This document shows positions 15,769-24,066 of a DNA stretch of 38,870 nt, one piece after another. The notes beneath the pieces were generated by a model. The model did no database searches. It was not told where the DNA came from and was given only the letters and a program-made list of their open reading frames with translations. Within the stretch, counting starts at the first letter, position 1. The number at the start of each line of letters is the position of its first letter. The position numbers and the translations under genes are program-made. The stretch is from the NCBI GenBank assembly GCA_043822705.1, contig JBDRBK010000013.1:1-38870 (forward strand). Direction: 5' to 3'. Origin of the DNA: Fidelibacterota bacterium (GTDB lineage: Bacteria > Fidelibacterota > Marinisomatia > Marinisomatales > TCS56).

Positions 15769-17610
15769 ATGGAATATGAAGAAATAGTATCAAATCTGAA
15801 TGCACCTACTTTAGTGCTAGCTGGACCTGGGGCAGGAAAAACGTATCTACTAAGCGATCGTGTTAAAAGACTTATTGACCAAGATGTCGATTCGAATCAT
15901 ATATCTGTTGTGACTTTTGGGAGAGACGCCAGCCAACATATGAGGAATAAGTTGCTGGATACTAACAGCGGTTTCTCAATCCCATTCAATAAGATGCCTC
16001 ATATCTCAACTCTTAATTCCCTTGGAATGGAAATAGTCAATTGCAAACCAAAGTCAGTTGGACTAAGAAAAACTGCTTTAAATGTTCAGAGCGATGAAGC
16101 GGTCAAACGACTAATTTTTCGAGATTCTGCAATGATCATCGGTAAAAGTGAAGATGAAGCCAGAAGTGCATTTCAGTGTAAAGCTGAAGGTGATTGCAAT
16201 ATAGGTAGCAAACCAGGTCAATGTGAAATATGCCAGACATATTGGAATATCATGTCAGCATGCAATTACATCGATTTCGATGATCAAGTCATCTTTGCTA
16301 ATCAGATACTTGAGAATGAAGACGATATATTAGCAGAGTACAAAACCCGTGCGACCTATCTTCTAGTTGATGAGTATCAAGACATCAACGCGGCACAGTT
16401 CAGATTAATCAAAACCATCAGTGCAAATTCAATTAATGGACTTTTCGTAGTTGGAGATGATGCACAGAGTATTTATGGCTTTAGAGGAGCAGATCCATCC
16501 TATATCCTCAATTTTGCAGATCACTTTAAGGATTCTATTACCCCACCTCTGGCCCACAGCCGGCGATGTCCAAAGCAGATAATTGATCCAGCTTCTATGA
16601 TGTTGAAAGCGTACTATCCTGAGTGGTTAGGTCCATTTGATCTTGAGTATCATGTCGATGATGTAGCCCCGCCAACCGTATTACAACTACCGAGCGAAAC
16701 TAAGGAAGCGCATCTTACAGCAAGGGTTGCCCGAAAAGCAATCAGTGTAAATAATACAGTCCTCGTTTTGGCCCCCAAGAAGGATTTCTTTCCTCTGATC
16801 TCAAAAGTTCTGAGAAGGTATGGCGTGCCGCATACTTGCCCAACCAGTTTATTGCCAGAACATCTTAACAAGCGTCTTGATGTAATCCGGAACATACTAA
16901 AGTGGGTACAGAATCCTAATGATAGCTTCCTTACTCGCGTTGCTGTCGAGGAATTATTAAATCACGGTACCGCTAAAGTTCCAGGCTTTAACAAGGGCAA
17001 ACGATTATCAGAAGAAACACTTATGAAACGACTATTAGTTGAAACCGAAATTGCCCATCTGTGGTCAGAAGTGAACACAAGAGACGATTTTTTTTCTGCG
17101 CTATTAAAACACGAAGATGGCTCTGAAAATCTCAATATTTTAAAATCAACTATGACAGAACTCTTAGAGTTATTCACGAGTGAATCTGGGAACAATTTGG
17201 AATTCATTTCGAAATTCTGTGCAGCAAGTGGAGTCTGGAAGAATTCAAATATTCTTATAAGCGATATTGATAATATCATTTCAGCATTAGTGCCAGCCTC
17301 ACCCACTGGTTTTGGTTCAGTACAATTGATGACAATGAGAAAGGCAAAAGGACTTGAGGCTGATGTCGTGGTCATTGTAGGGTTGGAGGATGACATAATA
17401 CCTGGAAACAAAGCTGATGTAAAAGAGGAAGCTCGTCTACTTTATGTTTCCATGACCCGGGCAAAAAAACGTCTATACTTATTTCATGCATTCAAACGTC
17501 CCCGGAGTATTTCCTTTGGACAAGATATTCTCAATAAAAACCGGAGTAGATTTCTCGATGCTGTAGGAATAGATAGTATATACTACCGTGAACAAGCAGA
17601 TACAGCATAA
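15769..17610 (+). CDS. UvrD/Rep superfamily 1 ATP-dependent helicase (accessory)
   Basis: AGPGAGKT, VTF, LLVDEYQDIN, VVGDDAQSIYGFRGA, SRRCP, MTMRKAKGLE, EEARLLYVSMTRAK; AT-rich. Confidence 0.93.
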   Translation: MEYEEIVSNLNAPTLVLAGPGAGKTYLLSDRVKRLIDQDVDSNHISVVTFGRDASQHMRNKLLDTNSGFSIPFNKMPHISTLNSLGMEIVNCKPKSVGLRKTALNVQSDEAVKRLIFRDSAMIIGKSEDEARSAFQCKAEGDCNIGSKPGQCEICQTYWNIMSACNYIDFDDQVIFANQILENEDDILAEYKTRATYLLVDEYQDINAAQFRLIKTISANSINGLFVVGDDAQSIYGFRGADPSYILNFADHFKDSITPPLAHSRRCPKQIIDPASMMLKAYYPEWLGPFDLEYHVDDVAPPTVLQLPSETKEAHLTARVARKAISVNNTVLVLAPKKDFFPLISKVLRRYGVPHTCPTSLLPEHLNKRLDVIRNILKWVQNPNDSFLTRVAVEELLNHGTAKVPGFNKGKRLSEETLMKRLLVETEIAHLWSEVNTRDDFFSALLKHEDGSENLNILKSTMTELLELFTSESGNNLEFISKFCAASGVWKNSNILISDIDNIISALVPASPTGFGSVQLMTMRKAKGLEADVVVIVGLEDDIIPGNKADVKEEARLLYVSMTRAKKRLYLFHAFKRPRSISFGQDILNKNRSRFLDAVGIDSIYYREQADTA

Positions 17611-18052
17611 TTGCCGCTTAACATACACTGATACGGACGTGAAACTCAGGTTTAGATTCTGTCTTTATGAAATATACCAATAATATTCACGCCGCAGAGC
17701 TATCTGGTTATTGCTAATAAGTATTCTCACGTAGAGCAACCGTGATGAAACCGTTACCGCAATAACCCTTTACTTCATTTCTCCAGCTAGTTAATAATAT
17801 CCCCGGCAGTAAACCAATAATCGGCTACCGGCACCGCATCATCCGGCAAACACATTTTTCCCTTGCCATAATTCCCCGCCGCCCGCTAAATATTAGCGGA
17901 TATTAGTGTAACCGACGTTTTGCAATTGTACCGATCGACTATAAATAATCTGCTTTCCTGTCAACCGGCGGCCGGCGCTGCCGGCCTGAAAAGCTGTTTG
18001 GCGCGGGAATACCTCAATACCCGCACAAATTGTAGGCTGCTGCGGTATTATA

Positions 18053-18288
18053 GCCTCCCTGCGGGTGTTTGACCCTTCCTGCGCAAGTTTGACCCTTCCT
18101 GCGCAAGTTTGACCCTCCCTGCGGAGGTTTGACCCTCCCTGCGGAGGTTTGACCCTCCCTGCGGAGGTTTGACCCTCCCTGCGGGAAATTTCGCCTTCCC
18201 AAACAAACATTGAGCCGTCCTGCGCAATATTTTGCTGTCTTTGCAGGTGTTTGACCCTCCCTGCGGGTGTTTGGGGGCTCCCTGCGGC
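18053..18288. repeat. 20-bp tandem array GTTTGACCCT(C/T)CCTGCG(GAG/CAA) x6 plus degenerate copies
   Basis: Exact-phase units at 18067, 18087, 18107, 18127, 18147, 18167; further copies at 18249 and 18269. Confidence 0.92.
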
Positions 18289-18359
18289 GCAGGAGACCGA
18301 AAAGTTTGGTTCGGAAGGCTGAAAACCGGGTAAACGGAGCGAAAAATGCTGTTGGGCGG

Positions 18360-18492
18360 GGGTAATGAAGAGCGGCGGTGATGAGGGGCGGAGGAGATGA
18401 GGAGCGGAGGAGCTGGGGAGCCGGGGTGCAATTACCAATTCCCAATCTACAATTTTCAATTCTTTGCGTTCTTTGCGCCCTCGGCGGTTAAA
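18360..18492. repeat. Stacked short repeats: 8-mer GGAG tract, 7-mer CAATT tract, 9-mer TTCTTTGCG tract
   Basis: gggcggaggagatgaggagcggaggagctggggagccgggg; caattaccaattcccaatctacaattttcaatt; ttctttgcgttctttgcgccctcggcggttaa. Confidence 0.75.
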
Positions 18493-18666
18493 CGGCGAAG
18501 AGCGGAGGTGCTGGGTGAGACCGATTTCACCCAGGTCGCCATCGATCTGAAACCGCCCTATTCCATCGGCGCACCTCCGGCCAGCGGTACGGAATACTAT
18601 TTCCAGTACCTGAAAGATGATCTGCTGACGGGGCAGCCGTCGGATATCATCGTGATTAAATTATAG
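18493..18666 (+). pseudogene. 3' remnant of a gene encoding a beta-sandwich (FN3-like) C-terminus
   Basis: ETDFTQVAIDLKPPYS...EYYFQYLKDDLLTGQPSDIIVIKL* reads as real protein, but the upstream part of the ORF is translated repeat DNA. Confidence 0.5.
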
Positions 18667-18954
18667 CCAGGCCGGTCACCGCCGAGTTCGCAGAGAACGC
18701 TGAGAATGCGGGTATAACATATCAATAAAGTAACACTCCAGCCGCAATGAACCGTTTCAGCCCGGTACCGAATGGTGCCGGGCTTTTTCATGGGGCGGGG
18801 TGTGTAAACCCGCAACCGTCGCCACCCACCCCGTCCCGACATAGTAATGTCGGGACACCCCTCCGTGGGAGGGGACTATAAAAATCCCAGAGTGCCGGCA
18901 TTACTTATTACTTATTACTTTTCACCAAGCCGGAGCGCCAGCGCAGGCAAATGC

Positions 18955-19031
18955 CCTGACCCCTGATCCCTGATTCCTGATCCCTGACCCCTGATTCCTG
19001 ATCCCTGATCCCTGATTCCTGATCCCTGAAT
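18955..19031. repeat. 7-bp tandem repeat CCTGA(C/T)(C/T) x11 (last unit CCTGAAT)
   Basis: cctgacc cctgatc cctgatt cctgatc cctgacc cctgatt cctgatc cctgatc cctgatt cctgatc cctgaat. Confidence 0.95.
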
Positions 19032-19497
19032 TCAACCACTTTGTGGTTGGCGCGTTTGGTCGGCTTTGAGTGCTATTCATATTCAATCCCTGCGGGATTG
19101 TAGAGGGCAGAAAAGCAGACCCATGCTTCGATGCGCCTTCGTTAACACTGCGTCTCACAGGTAGGCTCATGCTTCCCCGCCTGCGTGCCTCCGGCGGGCA
19201 GGGACAGGCTCAGCATGACATTGTACTCGTATCTTACTCACATTTCTCACCAGGCCGCAGGCCGACTCACGTCGCTCACGATCAGCCACCCGGCTGACGC
19301 ATCACTTATCACTCCTCACCATACCGGATAACGGATAAACAAGCCCATGCTTCCCCGCCTGCGTACCTCCGGCGGGCAGGGACAGGCTCAGCATGACAGA
19401 ATTTAATAGGCTTTAATCAGGACGCTCACCCTCAGCCGTCAGGCTGACACATTACTCATTACTCATTACTCATTACTTATCACTCTTCACTAATTCC

Positions 19498-19527
19498 TTG
19501 CCCTGAGACCGCTGCCCGCCCTAAAAT
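19498..19527 (+). promoter_or_regulatory. Putative sigma70-like promoter at right end of repeat mosaic 2
   Basis: TTGCCC-N18-TAAAAT about 80 bp upstream of the methyltransferase ATG. Confidence 0.45.
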
Positions 19528-19606
19528 CAACCGGCGGAAGCGCAGGGGGGAGGCCCGCTCGCAGCGTTCCCGCCGGTCCGGCAATCCAGATTTTAAAAGA
19601 GCAACC

Positions 19607-20284
19607 ATGAGCGATAAAGCGCCAATCAGCAGCGTCACCCGCACCCGGGAAGAAGCCCGCGCCAGCTACGATAAGCTGAGCCGCTGGTACGATCTGCTGA
19701 CCGGGCTGTCCGAGAAAAAGTACAAGGAAGCGGGCCTGGCGGCGCTGAATGCCGCAGTGGGGGAAACCGTGCTGGAGATCGGCTTCGGCACCGGCACCTG
19801 CCTGACGGCGCTGGCGCAGGCTGTGGGTCCTGCGGGCCGGATTTTGGGGATCGACCTGTCGCCGGGGATGCTGAATGTCGCCCGGGAACGGATCGGCGCC
19901 GCCGGACTGGAAAACGTGGAATTGCACTGCGGCGATGTCGTGGAACTGCCCTTCGCCGACCGCAGCGTCGACGCCGTCTTCATCAGTTTCACCCTGGAAT
20001 TGTTTGATTCGCCGGAAATCCCGGTGGTGCTGCGGGAGTGTTCGCGCGTCCTCCGGGACGGCGGCCGCATCGGCGTGGTGGCGATGTCCAAAAGGGCGGA
20101 CGGCGGCCTGATGGTCCGGCTCTATGAATGGACCCATGCCCGGTATGAAAAATATGCCGACTGCCGCCCGATCTACGTCCGCGAGGCGCTGGAAGAAGCC
20201 GGCTTCAGGACCGAAAATGTGACTGAAATGACCATGTTCGGATTGCCGGTGGACATCGTTCTGGCAAGGAAAACAGCGGTGTGA
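19607..20284 (+). CDS. Class I SAM-dependent methyltransferase (UbiE/MenG-like)
   Basis: [41 protein letters not shown]. Confidence 0.9.
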   Translation: MSDKAPISSVTRTREEARASYDKLSRWYDLLTGLSEKKYKEAGLAALNAAVGETVLEIGFGTGTCLTALAQAVGPAGRILGIDLSPGMLNVARERIGAAGLENVELHCGDVVELPFADRSVDAVFISFTLELFDSPEIPVVLRECSRVLRDGGRIGVVAMSKRADGGLMVRLYEWTHARYEKYADCRPIYVREALEEAGFRTENVTEMTMFGLPVDIVLARKTAV

Positions 20285-20340
20285 AACGGCGACCGGGTAT
20301 CGGCGAATTAATCGGTAGATTATAAATAACAGGAGTTACG

Positions 20341-21195
20341 ATGGCCAAGGCAGGAAAACAATTATCGGCGCTGAGAACGGTGGGCACCTTTCTGCATGGG
20401 CGGGCCTGCTCGGATACGCTGTTCCATGTGCTCAACCGCGCCTTCGGGCAGCCGTTGCTCGATGAAGAAGTGGCGGTCCCGACCTTCGCCGGGGGAATCA
20501 TGCAACACGGTTTTCAATGCGGCATGCTCTGGGGCGCCGCCCTGGCGGCCGGGGCGCAGGCCTATCGCGTGCATGGCCCGGGTCCCCAGGCGGAGACCTC
20601 GGCGGTCCTGGCAGCGCAAAAGCTGGTGCGGTCCTTCCGGGCCCAGACCGGGCCGGTCAATTGCGTCGACATTACCGACCTGGACAAGTCCTCGACCACG
20701 ATGGAAATGATCAAGTATTTCCTGATCAAAGGCGGCAGCATCGGCTGCTTCCGGATGGCCGCGAAATATGCCCCGGCGGCCTTCGAGGCGATCGATTCCG
20801 CCGTTTCCGCCGAAGAGACTGAGATACCCCCGGCGCCGGTAAGCTGCGCGGCGCTGGTGGCCCGCAAGTTGGGCGAGTCCGACCTGCATACGGTCATGGC
20901 GGCGGGACTGGCCGGCGGTATCGGTCTGTGCGGCGGCGCCTGTGGCGCCCTGGGGGCCGCGATCTGGATCAACGGCCTGCGCTGCCACCGGGAGCAGGGC
21001 GTCGACAATCTGTGGAAAGATGAGGGCTTTAATGCCAGGTTCGCCGATCTGATGGACCGGTTTTTAAAGCAATCCGGTTTCGAATTCGAATGTGCCAAAA
21101 TTACCGGCCGGGATTTTGAGAATGTCGGGAACCACGCCGCCTACCTGCGCGATGGCGGCTGCGCGAAGATTATTGAAGAATTGGCCGCTCAATAA
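20341..21195 (+). CDS. C-GCAxxG-C-C family putative redox protein, two tandem domains
   Basis: ACS..GGIMQHGFQCGMLWGA..NC..GC and SCA..GGIGLCGGACGALGAA..EC..GC; AGGAG RBS. Confidence 0.85.
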   Translation: MAKAGKQLSALRTVGTFLHGRACSDTLFHVLNRAFGQPLLDEEVAVPTFAGGIMQHGFQCGMLWGAALAAGAQAYRVHGPGPQAETSAVLAAQKLVRSFRAQTGPVNCVDITDLDKSSTTMEMIKYFLIKGGSIGCFRMAAKYAPAAFEAIDSAVSAEETEIPPAPVSCAALVARKLGESDLHTVMAAGLAGGIGLCGGACGALGAAIWINGLRCHREQGVDNLWKDEGFNARFADLMDRFLKQSGFEFECAKITGRDFENVGNHAAYLRDGGCAKIIEELAAQ

Positions 21196-21254
21196 TCCGG
21201 CGGGCCATAAATACTGGTCGGGCGTTGCCCGGATAACAATTTTTGGAGGTAATC

Positions 21255-21500
21255 ATGGTAACTCTGGCTTACATCCTCGCAGGTTTAGCACTTCTAATGA
21301 GCGCCCTTTACCTTATTAAATTAAAATTTCCGTCTTTCGTATTGCTGCTCAAATTGCCGGCCGTGGTATTGTCGCCTTATTGGGCTGTCATGGGTGCAGT
21401 CGGTGCTGTACGATGTGGATCGCTTCCTGGCGCTATTGTTAAACAAAGAGTGATGACCCGATCAGTGTTTGTGAGTAACGCTGCGACCACTGATCATTAA
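21255..21500 (+). pseudogene. Short hydrophobic ORF, probably the truncated N-terminus of a membrane-anchored protein
   Basis: Strong GGAGG RBS and two TM helices, then a non-conserved-looking tail. Confidence 0.4.
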
Positions 21501-21511
21501 AAGGAGGTAGT

Positions 21512-21955
21512 ATGACCAGTGTTCTGCCAAAACCTGACATCGAAAGTTCGGTCTGGATCGCACGCCCCCCGGAATATGTCTGGAAATATTTATATGACGT
21601 TTCCAATGATACCCGGTGGCGCAGCAGCGTGAAAGCCGGACGGTGGATTTCCGATCCGCCGTATGGGATTGGTTCGACCGGCTTACACGTTATTGAAGGA
21701 GTCGGCGACTGGCCGTGGCGGATAACCGAGTGGGAAGAGCCGTACATCATAACCTGGTATGTCACCGGCAACAGGTTCGAAGGCAGTCATGCCGGCTATC
21801 GCATCGCACCGGATGGTACCGGCAGCCGCGTGACGGCCCATATGCGAATAAAACCGGGTTCCCTGATGCGAATCATCATCCGCCTCATGAAGCGGCGCAT
21901 AACCAGCCAGCTTACCGCCGACCTAGAAAAGTTGAAAGCCATCATGGAAGCCTAG
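21512..21955 (+). CDS. SRPBCC (START/polyketide cyclase-like) family protein
   Basis: IARPPEYVWKYLYD..N..RW, WRITEWE, terminal LTADLEKLKAIME helix; AGGAGG RBS. Confidence 0.88.
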   Translation: MTSVLPKPDIESSVWIARPPEYVWKYLYDVSNDTRWRSSVKAGRWISDPPYGIGSTGLHVIEGVGDWPWRITEWEEPYIITWYVTGNRFEGSHAGYRIAPDGTGSRVTAHMRIKPGSLMRIIIRLMKRRITSQLTADLEKLKAIMEA

Positions 21956-22019
21956 ACAACGGGCAATCAGCCGCCCGGTTGATTTCGCACTACTCACAGC
22001 ACCGGGCGATTGCCCCTGT

Positions 22020-22640
22020 ACCCTGAAATTCAACCACTCCGTGGTTGGCGTTATTGGGCGGCAACGAGTGCTATTCAGATTCAATCCCTCCGGGATTGGA
22101 GCAGGCGGCCGCAGGGCACGGGATGACCGATTGTTCTTGGCACTACCCGGTCAAATGTAGAGGCACGGCACGTCTACGTCCTGTACGGAACTACGCCGCG
22201 CAGGCGCGCCGTGCCCTTACAAATCAGGATACAATAAATAATTGGTAGTGCCTGCCGAAGCCTTAGCGCTGGTGGCGCAATGCCCGGTACCGCCAGTTGC
22301 CGGGTTTTTTCATGGGGCAGGGGTCCGATTTCAATTCCGCTCTTGACTTGTCCGCCTTGGGCAGACTTGTCCGCCACAGGCGGAGAGGGGTCCGCGCAAC
22401 GGGGGGTGTGTAAACCCGCAACCGTCGCCACCCACCCCGTCCCGACATGGTAATGTCGGGACACCCCTCCGGGGGAGGGAACTATAGTAAAATCCCTGAG
22501 CGCCGGGGTATATCTGATGCGGTTGCAGTCAGGCAGCAATGTTAATATGCAAAAGATCATCTTTGTGAAATAGGGCTGCCACAGAGGTACGGAGAACCCG
22601 GGGAATATTTATTTTAGGGGCGCATTGCAATGCGCCCTTT
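22020..22640. repeat. Repeat mosaic 3
   Basis: Double-hairpin REP 22027-22098; GTAG-type REP 22157-22220; GTCCGCC doublet 22346-22390; CACCCC unit 22403-22500; perfect palindrome GGGCGCATTGCAATGCGCCC at 22618-22637. Confidence 0.9.
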
Positions 22641-22668
22641 TTCAAGCAACTGGATTCAACTAAACCGC

Positions 22669-23763
22669 TTATAATTCACTCAATATCCGCTGACTCAGGT
22701 CCGTCAATTGGTTCTGACGGCCACGTTGGTTAGTCAGACATACGATTCCCAATTTCCGTTCAGGAATAATACTGATATAACTGCTGAAGCCCGGTTCGCC
22801 GCCATCGTGCCATAACATTTTCATTCCCCGGTCGTCCTGACCGATCTGCCAGCCCAGACCAATCGTCTGTCCGGCAATTGCCGCCGTGCTGCCATGAGCT
22901 AATCCAAATGCCGGATCGACCCCAGCCAGATTGGCGGCCATATAGGCCACCATATCCTTTGCGGTCGATATCAAGCCACCGGCCGCCCCGGCAATCTGAA
23001 AGGTAATATGGGGCATAATATTACCCTTCTTGTCGTAACCTTTGGTATAGGCGGAAGTATCATTGACAAAGGAAACAGTGGCGGTATTAATCATACCCAG
23101 TTTTTGCGCGAACCGTTCCCTGATCAGGTCACTGTAATTTTCCCCATAGACATTCTCCAGTATCATTCCCAGGACGATCATTCCCGCATTGGAATATTGA
23201 ATTTTCGTACCTGGTTCGGATTCAAGGCTTGCCTGCTGAAGATCACGCCTGAATAATGTACCATCATCGCCTTCATAGAAATTGATAATATCCCACAAGG
23301 TCGGATCAGCAAAGGAATAGAACTCCTGTGGTATCAGGTCTTCAGGTAAACCCGAGCTATGATTGGCCAGGTAAACGACCTGCACCGGTATGTCACCGTA
23401 AACCAGGTTGGTGTAATTCCCATTCAGGTGATCGCGGATATCGTCGCTCAGTTTAATCCGGTCTTCAGCTACCGCCTGGGCCAGCAGGATCCCGGTGAAG
23501 GTCTTGGTAATCGAACCGATTTCATAGACCGTATTTTCAGTTGCTGGCGGCTGACCGCCAACTTCCGTGCTGCCGTAGTTGTAAAAATATTCCTGGCCGG
23601 CATAGTATATTCCCAGTGAAAGTCCAAACAGGTTGGATTTATCCGTCAGTTGCCGTACCTGGTAGTTAACGATCGAGTCAATTTCCGCCTGACTCAATTG
23701 GGCTTGTAAGCCGGTAAGGGAGATGCACAGAATCACCGGCAGGCTCAGCTTGTGTATATTCAT
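22669..23763 (-). CDS. Serine hydrolase, beta-lactamase class C / AmpC-like, secreted
   Basis: YEIGSITKTF (SxxK), QYSNAG (YxN), WHDGG; signal peptide from MNIHKLSLP. Confidence 0.9.
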   Translation of the reverse strand: MNIHKLSLPVILCISLTGLQAQLSQAEIDSIVNYQVRQLTDKSNLFGLSLGIYYAGQEYFYNYGSTEVGGQPPATENTVYEIGSITKTFTGILLAQAVAEDRIKLSDDIRDHLNGNYTNLVYGDIPVQVVYLANHSSGLPEDLIPQEFYSFADPTLWDIINFYEGDDGTLFRRDLQQASLESEPGTKIQYSNAGMIVLGMILENVYGENYSDLIRERFAQKLGMINTATVSFVNDTSAYTKGYDKKGNIMPHITFQIAGAAGGLISTAKDMVAYMAANLAGVDPAFGLAHGSTAAIAGQTIGLGWQIGQDDRGMKMLWHDGGEPGFSSYISIIPERKLGIVCLTNQRGRQNQLTDLSQRILSEL

Positions 23764-24066
23764 GTTTAATATGACAATTTCCACTAAGGAAAGTTGTCAT
23801 AATCGAGATGGAATGACCGCTGTCAAAGAAATCCTTCCCTGTTCTGTTTTGCGACCCGGAAGGTTGCCCGTTACCCGGGGCCGCGACTCTGACAGCACTC
23901 AGCACTAACCATAACCACCGCCTGATTCCTTTGGTAATCATTTTCAGCTTGTCTAATTTTTAACAAGGAAATAGCGACGATTTCAGGGTTAAGAAATAAA
24001 CACAGATTTCGAATTCTTGAATCCAACCAAATCAACCAACACATAAAAGACGCAAGGGGTTTGCCA

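Larger units (their letters stand above)
18760..19530. repeat. Repeat mosaic 2
   Basis: Contains the CACCCC unit, TTACTTA x3, CCTGAYY x11, the double-hairpin REP, two CATGCTTC..GACAGGCTCAGCATGAC elements and a TTACTCA tract. Confidence 0.9.

Noticed and set aside
15085..17610. Gabija defence system
   Set aside because: The upstream gene is a lipoprotein, not an OLD-family ATPase/TOPRIM nuclease
18053..18288. CRISPR array
   Set aside because: Units are contiguous with no unique spacers, and there are no cas genes
17893..18459. Three overlapping minus-strand ORFs (188, 143, 127 aa)
   Set aside because: Translations of the 20-bp repeat in all frames; no RBS or domain signal
14125..22660. Autonomous IS, prophage or complete integron
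   Set aside because: No transposase, integrase or phage gene recognisable in any frame provided
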